From NCBI RefSeq assembly GCF_006345805.1, contig NC_043006.1, positions 67,456,001-67,520,000 of the forward strand: a stretch of 64,000 nucleotides of DNA, written 5' to 3'. Under the pieces are notes generated by a model. That model was not told where the DNA came from. It searched no databases and saw only the letters and a list, made by a program, of their open reading frames with translations. Shown piece after piece: positions 48,825-63,554 of the stretch. This DNA comes from Octopus sinensis (lineage: Eukaryota). Position 1 is the stretch's first letter. Every line of letters begins with the position of its first letter. A program made the translations under genes and the position numbers.

Positions 48825-49145
48825 TTCTTTTCTACTCTAAGCACAAGGCCCGAAATTTTGGGGGAGGGGCCCAGTCGATTAGATCGCCCCAGTACGTAAC
48901 TGGTACTTAATTTACCGATCTGGAAAGGATGAAAGACAAAGTCGACCGCGGCGGAATTTGAGATAAGAATTAATATTACCTGCAAATGACGATATATATA
49001 TTTAAAATGGGTAAAGAAGAGATATATGTATATATAATCATGGAAGTCGACCTCGGCAGAATTTGAACTCAGAATGTTAAGACGGGCGAAATAACGTTAA
49101 GCATTTTCCCCAGCGTGCTAACGACTCGGCCAGCTCTCCGCCTTT
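48825..49145 (-). mobile_element. SINE family A in two pieces
   Basis: Tail and body 48825-48965, head 49043-49145, with an AT-rich spacer. Confidence 0.7.
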
Positions 49146-50150
<1,005 letters not shown>

Positions 50151-50942
50151 TATAGAGAGAGAGGGGAGAGACAAACAGGTGGGCACACAGGTTGGCAGAC
50201 AGACAGACAGACAGACAGATAGACAGACTGATAGGTAGGTAAGTAGGTGGGTTGGTAGGTAGGCAGGTAGGTTGGAAGGTAGGTAGGTAGGTAGGTAGGA
50301 TGGTAGGTAGGTAGATACGTAGGTAGGTAGGTAGGTAGGTAGGTAAGTACCCAGATAGTCTTTCTCTATATCAGAAGACATGACGATGGTGATGATAAGG
50401 ATGAAGAATGTGGTGGTGGTGGCGGTGGTGGTGGTGGTGGTGGTGGTGACAAGAAGGAAGAAGTGGTGCTGCTGATGATGATGTTGATGATGATGATGAT
50501 GATGATGAGGAGGAGGAGGAGGAGGAGGAGGTGGTCGTGGTGATCGTGGTGGTCGTGGTGGTCGTGGTGGTCGTGGTCGTGGTGGAGGGAGATGAGGAGG
50601 AGGAGGAGGAGGAGGAATAGGAGAAGGAGTCGGACAACGGGAAGACGACGAGAGTAGATGAATTGATGATGATGATGATGGTCAAGTCAATGGCGGTGAA
50701 GGCATTGACAATTTCCAGAAAATCCATTTCATATGTCAAACACTCGAATAATCTTCGATGTTCACAGAAGCGGAAACGGAAGCTAGACATCGGAAATGCT
50801 TGTCTCCGACATAGAAACACCTTTAGATTTTGTGATTAATTTTGGGATCACGCGAGACTTGCCTCAGGCTTTACCTATGTCCTGAATAACAATAACAGGA
50901 ACAACAATAATGATAATGATAATAATACTAATAATAATAATA

Positions 50943-50994
<52 letters not shown>

Positions 50995-51005
50995 TATTAT
51001 AGATC

Positions 51006-51067
<62 letters not shown>

Positions 51068-51122
51068 CAGGCAGACAGACAGACAGACATGTAGGTAGGT
51101 AGGTGAGTAAGTAGATAGATAT

Positions 51123-51749
<627 letters not shown>

Positions 51750-51819
51750 CAGACATGGACAACTGTAGTATTCTTAAAACTTTGAGATGCTGTTCATAAA
51801 TTTCTATATCTTAGCTATG

Positions 51820-54335
51820 TTAGCATTAAAGCAAAACTGGAAAGATATGACAATAGAAAAAGACAGTTCAGGCAAAACAAATTGTTTGAAGGGAATCAGA
51901 AGAAACTGTTTCAGGAACTAGATGGGCAATTGCAAGTAACGATGAAACCAGATGCAGAGAAAAGCTGAGCATTCTGGAGAGGGATCTGGGACCAACCTTT
52001 GGAGCATAATGATGAGCATAATCATGCAGCCATTCCGCGGAATGGCTACATGAAATCCAAGATAGGTTAAGAAATATAGAAGGCTAAGAAAACATAACGA
52101 TAACTACAAAAATAATAAAAAGGCAGTTTAAAATATTGCCAGATTAGAAGAGGCCAGGACCGGATGGGGTCCAAAATTATTCATGAAAGGATAGCACTAC
52201 AGCTAGATGAATGCATCCAGAAAGGTGCAGTACCCAGCTGGATGGCAAAGAGAAAGACATTGTTGTGTGCCAAGGATCCTGAAAAGGGAAAGGTTGCATC
52301 CAACTTTAGATAAATAAGTGCCTTCCGCTAATATGGAAACTAATATCAGGTGCGTTGGCCGGTGAACTATATAGATACCTGGAAATCAGTGGGCTACTAC
52401 CTATTGAACAGAAAGGGTGACGGAAGAGGAGCCGGGGAATAAAAGATCAGCACTTTTTTGATAATCTAATTATCAGGGACTGCAAGAGAAAACACATAAA
52501 CCTGAGCATGGCACGGGTTGACTAAAATAAAGCATACGGCATGATACCACACTCTTGGATAATAAAAACAATGGAAATGTATGGAGTAGCAGAAAATATG
52601 AGAAAATATGAGAATATATGAAATGGTGAAGAAGGGAATTGACAGCAGGGAATCAAGTATTAGGAGAGGTGAATATCAAGAGAGGTGCCTTCAAGGGGGG
52701 CAGAGTGTCCCCACTGATTTTCGTGCTGGGAATGATCCCCTTGAGTGAAATACTACAGACAACCAAGTTGGGGTATGATCTGGGAAGCGGTAAGGGAAAA
52801 CTGAACCACTTGCTATTCATGGACGACTTGAAGCTATCCACAAAAACTGACGCAGAACTGGATATCATAATCCAGTCTGTGCGGATTTTCTCCAATGATA
52901 TTAAGATGGAGTTTGGACTCTAAAAATGTGCTGCGATAGTGATGAGACGAGGAAAGCTTTTCAGAACAGAATGTTACCAAGTGGTGAAATGATGAAGGCA
53001 ATTCAACCTCAATCCAGCTATAAATACCTGGGAATACTTGAGACAGATGGAATCAAACGCACTGACATGAAGGAAAAGACAACAAGAGAGTACCAGCGGC
53101 GAGTGAGAAAAATATTGGCTTCAAAGCTAAATACCAGAAACATAATTTCGGCAATAAACTTGCGCGCAGTCGCAGTAGTTCGGTATGGCACTGGAATCCT
53201 GAAGTGGACCGAGGAGGAACTAAAGATGATGGACAGGAAGTCAAGAAAGCTCCTAATGATGCATGGAGCTCATCATCCACGTGCAGGCACTGATCACCTA
53301 TACATGAAAAGAGCAAATGGAGGAAGTGGACTGATAAGTGTGGAAGACTGCGTGCGTATCGAACTCGAGAGCTTAATGAAATACCTATCCCAAAGTAAGT
53401 AAACCTTGCCAGTAACTGTTAGGAACGAAGGGGTGTTGAAAGCAGAGAAAAAAGGAAAAACAAAGAAAGAAGTGCAAAAAGGACATGAAGAAGAATTACG
53501 CAAGAAGGGACTACACAATCAATTCCATGGAGCCACAACAGAAGTTGCACGAAAAAATAGGAGGTTTTGGCTGATGAGAAGACCATTAAAAAAGGAGACC
53601 GAGAGCACAATACTGGCAGCGCAAGACCAAGCTTTGACTACGAACTGGAGGGTCAATCTTAGGAATGAGCAAGTGTCTCCGCTGTACCGCATCTGCAATA
53701 GAGTGGATGAAACCAGTGCCCATATCAAGAATGAATGCCCTAGACTCATCCAAAACCACTACAAGCTGCGAAAAGTGGGAGCTAGAGAGAAGCAAGACGG
53801 AGAGAGAAGCAAGACGGAGAGAGAAGCAACTACAGAGAGTATCAAGCGCAGAGAGTGGTGGAGTCAGAGACAAACAAAATCCTCTGGGATTTCCCAATCC
53901 AAACAGATCAGGTGCTAGAGCATAACAGATGGGATCTAGTGGTGGTGGACAGGATGCATCACATATGCTGTATAGTTGATTTTGCATGCCCATTTGACCC
54001 AAGAAGGAAGGCGAAAAGGAAGATAAATAAAACGCTCTTAAGTACGAAATAGCCCAGCTATAGAAAAATCAAGAAGGTGAAGATAGTGCCAATTATTGTA
54101 GGGTCTTTAGGGACAGTGTCAGAAGACATCAGGGTGAATATAAAAGAAATTGAAATAGTGCCCAGTAGAACTGTTACAAAAGGTTTGCCTCCTTCGCACG
54201 GCCAGAATAATAAGGAATGTATTAGATAGCTGAAAAGAATGGATAGTATGGTACCGTAGGGTGCAGGTCGCAAAACCGCCACGCATGCAAGACTCCAGGA
54301 GTTCCAGCAAAACCTGGGATAAAGAGAAATAATAA
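51820..54335 (+). mobile_element. Decayed 5'-truncated R4/Dong-clade LINE (RT plus restriction-like endonuclease)
   Basis: PGPDG, KAYGMIPHSW, NHLLFMDDLKL, YKYLG, GGSGL, KILWDFPIQTD, DLVVVD..IVDFACP, RTARIIRNVL*; short (AAT)n tail. Confidence 0.92.
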
Positions 54336-54340
54336 TAGTT

Positions 54341-54525
54341 ATCTTTTCTACTGAAGGCACAAGGCTTTGAAATTTTGCGGGAGGGGACTAGTCGACTACA
54401 TTGACCCCGAAAGGATGAAAGGCAAAGTCGACCTCGGCGGAATTTGAACTCAGAACGTAGCGGCAGACGAAATACCGTCAAGCATTTCGTCCAGCGTACT
54501 AACGATTTTGCCAGCTCTCCGCCTT
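54341..54525 (-). mobile_element. SINE family A
   Basis: Head to tail with an internal deletion. Confidence 0.8.
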
Positions 54526-54531
54526 AGCAAA

Positions 54532-54587
<56 letters not shown>

Positions 54588-54652
54588 CAACAACAACAAC
54601 AACAACAACAATAATAATAATATAATAATAATAATAATAATAATAATGATAA

Positions 54653-55730
54653 TTCATTCGTTTGTTGGCCACAAGGGCTTACATAAAATTATATTAAGAG
54701 ACACAACAACATAAAAGACAAAGACAGGACGATATAATGGGTTTTACAACGTGTAAACAATATAATAACAATTAAAATTACACAATTTAAAACTCCCAAT
54801 AAGGAAGGCGCATTAAGGACCTAGTGAAAAAACCCCACAAAAGTCACCCCGAGCACTAGGGCAAATTCCCTTTCCTTATCCTCTTCCTTCAGTCAATAGG
54901 CGCATGCTTAGAGCTGGCCTTTTCACTTGGACAATCGTTGCCACATCCATACACCATTCAACAAAATTGCTGAGAAGGACAGCACTTCTCTCTCTACGTT
55001 CACTTTAATTTACGATGTGACTTGAAAAAACTTACGAGAGCTTGACCAAAGAGAGAAGTGTCTGTCTTCAGCTCTTTCAGTCAGGTCCACCACGCAATCT
55101 CATTCAAATAAACACTGCCTGCCCTTACCGGCCAAAGGAAGGTGGTGCGACGATCTTCGCACAACTGACTCAGCCCATAGCCGGATCCTTCCTACACTTA
55201 ACAATCAGTAAATCTCGGGTACAGTCGGAATGCATACAAAGAAGTTTCGTCGCTCTGCATGCATCTTGGAAAGGCCCAACTGAAGTTTCTCTTGAACCAG
55301 CAATTCTCCTACCACACAACAGGTAGTACTGCAAAGCTAGGGATTTGTGGAAATTATACATGGACCCCAGCCTAAAACTTGATTCTCGTTGATACCCAGA
55401 GTCTCCCCTAGAACGTCGTCGCCTTTGCTCGCCACTAAACCTCTACTGAACGCCAAACTGGAACTGCCACTAAATGCATTGTCCGACTGGTAGAGGACTG
55501 AGTGCATGACACCATTGTAGGTGCCAGGCGCCCTGCCTCAGTCTTCGCTTGATCCAGGTCTGCAGCTCAATCAAAAGAGACGAGAGGCAGAAGAAGCGGA
55601 TCTGACAAACGGCGATACCTGCTTACCGTCAAGGAAACGCTGGAGGTGTCTCAGTGCATGTGTGCGCATCATCAGCCACGGAATGCACAGTCCTCCATTC
55701 AGCGAGTGTTGACAACAACAAATGGAGTAC
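54653..55730 (-). mobile_element. Second Tx1-clade LINE family, 5'-truncated, 3' end next to (ATT)n
   Basis: CCQHSLNGGLCIPWLMMR..HLQRFLDGKQV.., LSGQALVSFF; 3' end AGCCCTTGTGGCCAACAAACGAATGAA. Confidence 0.8.
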
Positions 55731-55935
55731 GTAAAGACGGGCGAAATGCCGCTAAGTAGTTTGCCCAACTAGCTAACGATTCTGCCAGCTCGCCGCCTTA
55801 AGCACAATGCCTGAAGTTTCGGGGGAGGGGACTGGTCGATTAGATCTACCCCAGTGCGTAACTGATATTTATTTTATTGATCTTAAAGGATGAGAGCCTG
55901 TATTAACCTCAGCAGGGTTTGAACACAGAACTTAA
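55731..55935 (-). mobile_element. SINE family A head (55731-55800) and a second headless copy
   Basis: Direct match to the family. Confidence 0.7.
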
Positions 55936-56019
55936 ACTTAAGAAGCCGGAACAAAAACTTACGGACGTATAATACTAGTGATAAAATTTAACTGTGAATC
56001 GACAACAGCTGTTGAATTC

Positions 56020-56405
56020 TTTTCTACTCTAGGCACAAGGCCCAAAATTTTGGGGGTGGGGGCCAGTCGATTAGATCGACCCCAGTGCGCAACTAGTACT
56101 TAATTTATTGACCCCGAAAAGATGAAAGGCAAAGTCGACCTCGGCGGAATTTGAACTCAGAATATAAATACCTATTTCTTTATTACCCACAAGGGGCTAA
56201 ACATAGAGGGGACAAACAAGGACAGACATAGGTATTAAGTCGATTACATCGACCCCAGTGCTTAACTGGTACTTAATATATCGACCCCGAAAGGATGAAA
56301 GGCAAAGTCGACCTCGGCGGAATTTGAACTCAGAATGTAGCGGCAGACGAAATACTGCTAAGCATTTCTCCCGGCATGCTAACGTTTCTGCCAGCTCACC
56401 GCCTT
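56020..56405 (-). mobile_element. SINE family A dimer with Tx1-like tail and 16-bp TSD
   Basis: TSD AACAGCTGTTGAATTC at 56004 and 56406; junction aaatac|ctatttc at 56171/2. Confidence 0.92.
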
Positions 56406-56702
56406 AACAGCTGTTGAATTCACAAAGATAAACATTTTCTTCAAGTAAATATTGTATATTATTTAATTCTTTCAAATAAAAGTAGATTTATCAATATTTG
56501 CATGGAATATAAACTAAATTTAAGAGATCCATCTCGCCTGTGACGTAAGGTGGGTAGGTCCTACTGTCTTATGTTAACAGCTATATTTTTCATGTTCGCT
56601 GTTATATTCAAGAAACGTCGACCCAACGTTGGTCAAATGACCTAAGCTCTTCGATTATATTCCATAAACAAAGAAAGAAAGAAAGAAAGAAATCATTATC
56701 AA

Positions 56703-56858
56703 GTGCAGGCGTGTCTGTATGGTGAAAGGCTTGATTCCCAAACACATGGATTCGGGTTCAGTGGCCCCCCGTAGGCTAATGTTTTCTACTATTTCGTCGG
56801 GCAGACCAAAGCCTTGTGAGCGGATTTGGTTGGTGGAAACTGAAAAAATCCCGTCATA
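56703..56858 (+). mobile_element. SINE family B, 5' half
   Basis: ccaaagccttgtgagcggatttgg..gaaactgaaa. Confidence 0.7.
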
Positions 56859-56866
56859 AAAATATA

Positions 56867-57739
56867 CAGAGTGCGATGGATAAAGTGTTGACATTTAATA
56901 TTTTTAATTTTGCGCAAGCGCATTATTTGGTTTTAATTTTGTTTACACAGTATAGTAGAGTCAGTTGGGCACCGTCTGTAAGAAAAACAGCACCATGATG
57001 CAATTCACTCTGCCAGAAATTTGGAAACGACATGCTGTACTGCTTGGCATTCGCGTCGGAAGCTCCAATACAAACATTTCAGAGTGTTTGGGTGTCAATC
57101 TGAGGACAGTGCAATCTGAGGACATATACCGAGAGTGATAAAAATCAAACATCCAGTGAACATCATGATGTCTGGAGTGATCATTAGTGACGGCGACGTT
57201 ATGGCTCCATTCAACTTCCCACACGGCTTCAGACTCAATACGGAAGCCTACATCGAGTGCCTGGAGGAGGTAGTGCTGTCCTGGATCAAGAAGGTGGCTT
57301 GGAAGTACCTATGTCTGGCAAAAAAACTCTGCACCATGCCACACAAACAGGAGAATCCAGTCATGGCTGTCAGACAATTTCTGCGACCACATCACCCCTA
57401 ACATCTAGCCATCTAATTCCCCAGGCTGCAACCCCCTTGATTATTATGTGGGACACAATTGAGCAAGAGACCAACAAAATTCCTTGTAAAACCAAAGATG
57501 AACGAAAGGAAAGGATTATGGCAGAATTCACCAAATTAAACAAGGAGACCGTCCCGAAGAGTTGCAAAATATTCCGAAATGGTGTGATTTAAACCAATGG
57601 TGATTTTATTGAATAAATTTTCTATTTAGTATTTCAAGATATTTGTATGTAATTTTGATAAATATATCCTTTAAAATGAGATGTCAGGGTTATTTTTATT
57701 TTTGCGTAATTTAGACGACAGTTTATTCACCGCACCCTG
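56867..57739 (+). mobile_element. Internally deleted maT-type (DD37D) Tc1/mariner element
   Basis: TIRs of about 27 bp, CAGAGTGCGATGGATAAAGTG / CAGTTTATTCACCGCACCCTG; (D>N)SAPCH..x37..NPLDY. Confidence 0.8.
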
Positions 57740-57742
57740 TGT

Positions 57743-57798
<56 letters not shown>

Positions 57799-57914
57799 TG
57801 TGCGTGCCAGCTCTGGCTTTATCCCTTGGTTGATGGCACGAAATTAGAAACCATCCAAGAACATGGAATCATAAGGCATTTGCTATATCTGTTTTATAAT
57901 GATTTCAGACTTCC

Positions 57915-58117
57915 GCACGAGGCCAGCAATTATTTCGTGGGGAGAGTGAAGTCGATTACAACGACCCCAGTGTTAAACTAGCCCTTATTTTAACGACTCC
58001 CAAAGGATGAAAGGCAAAGTCAACCTCGGCGGAATTTTAACTCAGAACGTAAAGACAGAGGAAATGCCGCTAAGCATTTTGTCCGGCGTGTTAACGATTC
58101 TGCCAGCTCGTCGCCTT
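57915..58117 (-). mobile_element. SINE family A
   Basis: Colinear with the family. Confidence 0.82.
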
Positions 58118-58155
58118 TATATCGGTTTTATAGTAACTCTTGTTTTACAATTCTA

Positions 58156-59422
58156 TTGGGCTGTCCGGAAAGTTCGTGCCGATTTTTAAAAGAAAGGAAA
58201 AGGTCAATAAATACTTGCCATTTCATTTTTAATCAACCAAATATGAACCATTTTGTTGCACAATGCGTCTCCATCTTGCCTTTAACTTGAAAATACTCTC
58301 TTCCCAGAATTGAGGTGGTTTCATGGCAAAGAATTCATCAAGGTATCTTTTTATGTCATCCAAGGAATTGAAATTTTTACCATTAAGACTATTCTGCAGA
58401 GACCTCAATGAGTGGAAATCCGAAGGAGCAATATCTGATGAATATGGCGGGTGGAGTAACACATCCCAGCCGAGCTGCAGCCATTTTTGTCTGGTTCCCA
58501 AATAATGTCTGGCATTATCATGTTGGAAAACAACACCCTTCTTGTTGGTTAATTCTAGATGTTTCTCTTGAATTGCTGCTTTTAACTCGTCCAGTTGTGT
58601 GCACTATTTCTCGAATTAATTGTCTGGTTACTTGGGAGAAGCTCATAGTACAGAATTCTTTTCCAATCCCACCAGACAAAGCAAGACTTTTTTAGGGTGA
58701 AGACCCGCTTTGGGGTTAGCTAAGGGTGGCTCATGTCGCTTACTCCAGGATCGCTTTCTCTGAACATTTCGGTAGACAATCCATTTCTCATCGCCTGTCA
58801 CAATCTGCTTCAAAAAAGGCGCGTTTTCATTCCGTTTATAAAGCGAATCACAGATGGAAATGCAATCCAAAAGGTTCTTCTCACTCAGCTCATGTGGTAC
58901 CCAAACATTGTAGCGATTTGTGTATCCAAGCTTTACCAGGTGCTCACGAAGATAGATTTTGATAGGTTGAGGCTTTCTGCAAATTCTCGGGTTGTGCAAT
59001 GTGGATTATTCTCAAATAATGACTTGATTTGGTCATCATCTGTAGTGGATGGTCTGTCTGATCGTTCTTTATCAATAAGGCTACAGCTGGGAGCCTTGCG
59101 AACCACTTCCGTACAGTTCTTTCGGATAAAGAACCATCACCGTAAACTACGCATATTTCTTTGGTTGCTTGCGAGGCGTTTTCCCCTTTACGGAAAAAGA
59201 AAAGCATTAAGTGCCGAAAATGAACTTTCTTATCTTCCATTTTGAATAGTCACAGAATTAACACAGGTTATAGGAACGTAAACCTTCTTCCACGAAAAGA
59301 TAGCTTAAACTGTGCTCTAAATGGAGGTGTAGTCAAATCCTATTTTATGGACGCAACCATGTTCTAAAATAAGTCGAAAGGTAAGCTACTATAAATTGGC
59401 ACGAACTTTCCGGACAACCCAA
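58156..59422 (-). mobile_element. Full-length mariner (1267 bp) with frameshifted DD34D transposase
   Basis: TIRs, TA TSD; MEDKKVHFRHL, WVPHEL, IVTGDEKW, HPPYSSDIAPSDF. Confidence 0.95.
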
Positions 59423-61385
59423 TATTTCAGTTCTGTATCATAAACGATAGTTATAGCGCATATATCCCTTGGTTTTTGTATAATATTTCGTTGAGAACTT
59501 TCGAATAGATCTCCCTCCATTTTGTACAAATTTAAGATTTATTCAAAACGGGCTATTGTGTTATTTACGTACATATGCACATAGATTTATACATACATAC
59601 ATACATATATGTGTCTGTGTATATACATGCATATACATATATATATATATACACACAATACATACATACATGTATGTGTGTATGTGCGTGTGTGTATATA
59701 TATATATACATATGCATATACATATATATACACACATACATACATATATACATGGGCGCGTGTATGTATGTTTGTGTGTGTATGTATACATGCATATACA
59801 TACATATATACACACATACATATGTGTGTGTGTAAATATAAACATATGCATATACATATATATATATATACACACATACATACATGAATGTGTGTATGTA
59901 TGTTTATGTGAGTGTGTGAGTGTGTGTGTGTGTATGTGTGTGCGCGGATATGTGCAAGTATGTATATGTTAACCAGTTTTACAATACCAGTGATGTAATC
60001 TGCGAACCGATAACAGCTGTTGAATTCACAAGAATAAATAAGTTCCTTAAAATGAACAAGTAATACAAATATTATTTTTCCTCTCTTTTCTTCAAATAAA
60101 AATAGAGTCATCGATATTTTGACGAAATATAAACTGAACCGAAGATATCTTATTCGGCCTACAACATCATCGATTCAATTTGTTTGATGTCGTCCATTTT
60201 ATTTTTCATTTTTCGCTGTTTATATTCAATAAACTTCAACCCAACCTTGGTCACACGATCGCCAGCTTCTCTATTCTGTTTCATATTTTATGTATCATTT
60301 GCTTCCTGACTGTTGATGTTGTGCTTCGGAGTTGACGGGGGGGTGGATGTTGGAATAACGGAGGGTGGGGCAGGGCAAGGATGGGGGGGGTTTCTGCTGC
60401 TGCTGCTGGAAGTGCTGGTGGTGCTGCTGGAAGCCGTAGTGGTGGTGATGGTAGTGGTGGTAGTAGTGGTGGTGGTGGTGGTTGGTGGTGGTGGTGGTGG
60501 TGGTAGCACTGGCGGTGGTAAAGTTGTTGTTGGTGGTGGTGGTGGTGGTGGTGGTGGTAGTGGTGGTGGTGGTGGTGGTGTGGTCGTCGTCGTAGTCGTT
60601 GTCGTGATCGTCATTATGGAAGTGGTGGTGGTGGTGGTGGTGTTGCTGGAAGACGTGATGGTGGTGATGGGGGTGGTGGTGGTGATGGGGGTGTGGTGGT
60701 GATGGGGCTGGTGGGGTGATGGGGGGGGGTGATGGGGGTGGTGGTGGTGATGGGGGTGGTGGTGGTGATGGGGGTGGTGGTGGCCGTCGTCATCGTGATG
60801 TTCGTGGCGGTGGGTTGTGGTGGAGCTAGTGGTGGTCGTGGGAGCGCTAGTGATGATGTGATGGTGATGGTAGTAGTGACGTTAGCAGTGGTTGTCGTGA
60901 CGGTCTAGTCATGGTGGTGTGGGGGGGGGGGGTTGGCGTTGGTGGTGGTGGTGGTGGTGGTGGTAATGGTGGCGGCGCCAGTAGTGGTGATGGCAGTACT
61001 GGTTAGGGTGCTGCTAGCGGTGTTGTTGTTGTTGTTGGGTGGTGGTAGTATTGACAGTGATGGTCGAGGTGGGACTGGCGGTGGTAGTTATTGTAGTGGC
61101 GTCACTTGTGGTCATCATGATGATAGTGATGATGATGATGGTTGTGTGTTTGTGTATGTTTGTGTTGTGGTTGTTTGTTCATATGCGTAAGTATCTGTGT
61201 GTATGTATGTGCGTGCGGCAAGCTATTCGCACGCGTGTGTGTATGCGTGTATGTATGTGTCCTCGCACACACACATTCACACGCATACACATTTGTGCAC
61301 ACATACACACACGTAAATACACACACAAACACATACTTTTTTTTCTGTGTGTATTTATGTCTCTATGTCTGCGTTTATGCTCACG

Positions 61386-61427
<42 letters not shown>

Positions 61428-61749
61428 TAAGCTTGTGTTTGTGTGCGTATGTTTTCGAGCAAACTCAAGAGTGTGTCAGTTTTATGTATATAAACCCAAA
61501 CATTGATCTCTTCGATTATTTCATCTTATATTTCTTTGTAGTTATATTCACCTCAACATCAAAAAGGACAGAATGTACAGAATCCATTCTAGGTCAATTC
61601 TTACCGTTTGTTTGACTCTCAGAACCATAAACATATCGCACCAACTACCTGTTAAGGTTGGGTCATTATGCACTCCTAGAAACTAAAAAATCTCGCTTAG
61701 ATAAACGAAAATTGAACTTGGTTGGCTTATCTGCCAACATCTAGTCTCT

Positions 61750-62215
61750 GTAGCTCCAGTTTTCTGTAGCTACTGTTAAGTATATAACCAGAATGGCCTC
61801 TTGTTTTTCTTGGGTTGGTCAAATTGATGTAGACCTTCTGATGAAACCCCGATAAGATTCGAAAATCGATTAAGGTTCTTCATTGTTTTGTGGGGTTTTC
61901 TTATTTCAATATATAAACAGCTAAATTATCTACCTTAACAGTTACATATATCATTACGTCCTACTCTGTGAACTGAGATCTCCGTTGACAGACCTGATAT
62001 TTAGAAATAAGTGTACACAAATTAGTACACAAATTAGTAGCTCAAGTAGCTATTGTAATTATTGAGTATATAGACAGATTGATTGCTTGTCTTTCTGGGA
62101 TTGGTCAAATTGATGTAGACACCTCTGATGAGAACACAATAGGATTCGACAATCAAATAAGGCTGTTTATTTTTTGTTTCAATCTACAGAAAACAGCTAA
62201 ATTAGCCCTGTATAT
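61750..62215 (+). repeat. Tandem units (about 287 bp period), each with a decayed HHR; retrozyme-like
   Basis: CTGATGA at 61838 and 62125 with colinear flanks. Confidence 0.6.
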
Positions 62216-62239
62216 AAAAATACTATATAAGTTTCGTTG

Positions 62240-62672
62240 GTGCAGGTGTGGCTGTGGGGTAAGTAGCTTGCTTGCCAACCACATGGTTTTGGATTCAGTC
62301 CCACTGCGTGGCACCTTGAGCAAGTGTCTTTTACTATAGCCTCGGGCCGACCAAAGCCTTGTGAGAGGATCTGGTAGACGGAAACTGAAAGAAGGCCGTC
62401 GTATATATATGTTTGTGTGTGTGTGTGTGTGTGTGCATGCGTGTGTGTGTGTTTGTGCGCCTGTGTTTGTGCCACACACGCGCACACACACACCATCGCT
62501 TGACAACCGATGTTGGTGTGTTCACATCCCCGAAAATTAGTGGTTCGGCAAAAGACTCCGATAGAATAAGTACTAGGCTTACAAAGAATAAGTCCTGGGG
62601 TCGATTTGTTCTACTAAAGGCGATGCTCCAGCACTGCCGCAGTCAAATGACTGAAACAAATAAAGAATAAAA
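62240..62672 (+). mobile_element. SINE family B, full length
   Basis: Head, CORE-like ACCTTGAGCAAGTGTCTT, internal (TA)(TG) tract, 3' domain. Confidence 0.9.
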
Positions 62673-63087
62673 TAATATATGTGTGTCTGGGTATTGTGTA
62701 CACAGCACATTCACAAGCACAAGTAGACAGACTTGTAGATTTCTTTTTAAAAAACAAGTCTAGAGTTGTTTGCTTAGAGAAAGCTATTTTTCGCTCTCTA
62801 TGAATTTCTTGGTAACAAGCAGGAGCATTTGTTATGGTAGTAGAAATGTATGCACTTCGTTCAAAATTTGGATCTTGTGCTTAAAAAAATAAAACTCGTA
62901 AGCCTGGGGTCTCGTAAAGCGGAACCAAATAAAGTGAGGTATTACTGTACAAAACTCCGGCGTTAGAATGTAGATAACAAATCAACGTAATGCTTTGAAT
63001 TTAAGTCTCGCATATTTTTACTGTTCCACCTATAGACTGCATTCGTGATATGTCCGCTAACTGTTTGATTCGAAAACGCTGTCTATC

Positions 63088-63147
<60 letters not shown>

Positions 63148-63204
63148 CTATCTATCTATCTACCCATCTACCTATCTATCTATCTATCTATCTATCTATC
63201 CATC

Positions 63205-63538
63205 CAAACACTTTCCTCTCTGGTCAATCTCTCATCAACTTCTTCAAGTATCACTTGAAAAGGAAAGTAAAAGTAGAGAGGCAAGTTTTGTCTAGCGAAT
63301 GCTTCAAAAAAAGATGCGTGAATGTAGCAAGGATGGCACGTATGAATGACGAAGCAACCTTGAGCATAATCCTATGAACCCAGAAAAATTTAAAACAGAG
63401 GGTTACTTACTTGCAAACAAATGTGTTAACATGTGACATTATTGACCGATGTTACCGTAGTCTTTTCCGTAGGCTTTCTTTCCACGGATAAACCTTATCT
63501 GCTTCCCGCTTTATACTTTACATCATGACATTTCTGTG
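63205..63538 (+). mobile_element. Tx1-clade (GATA-associated) LINE fragment, copy 3
   Basis: Matches the reverse complement of 38730-39060; 5' side abuts (ATCT)n; 3' end lost. Confidence 0.82.
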
Positions 63539-63554
63539 CCCCCGTTATTCCAAC

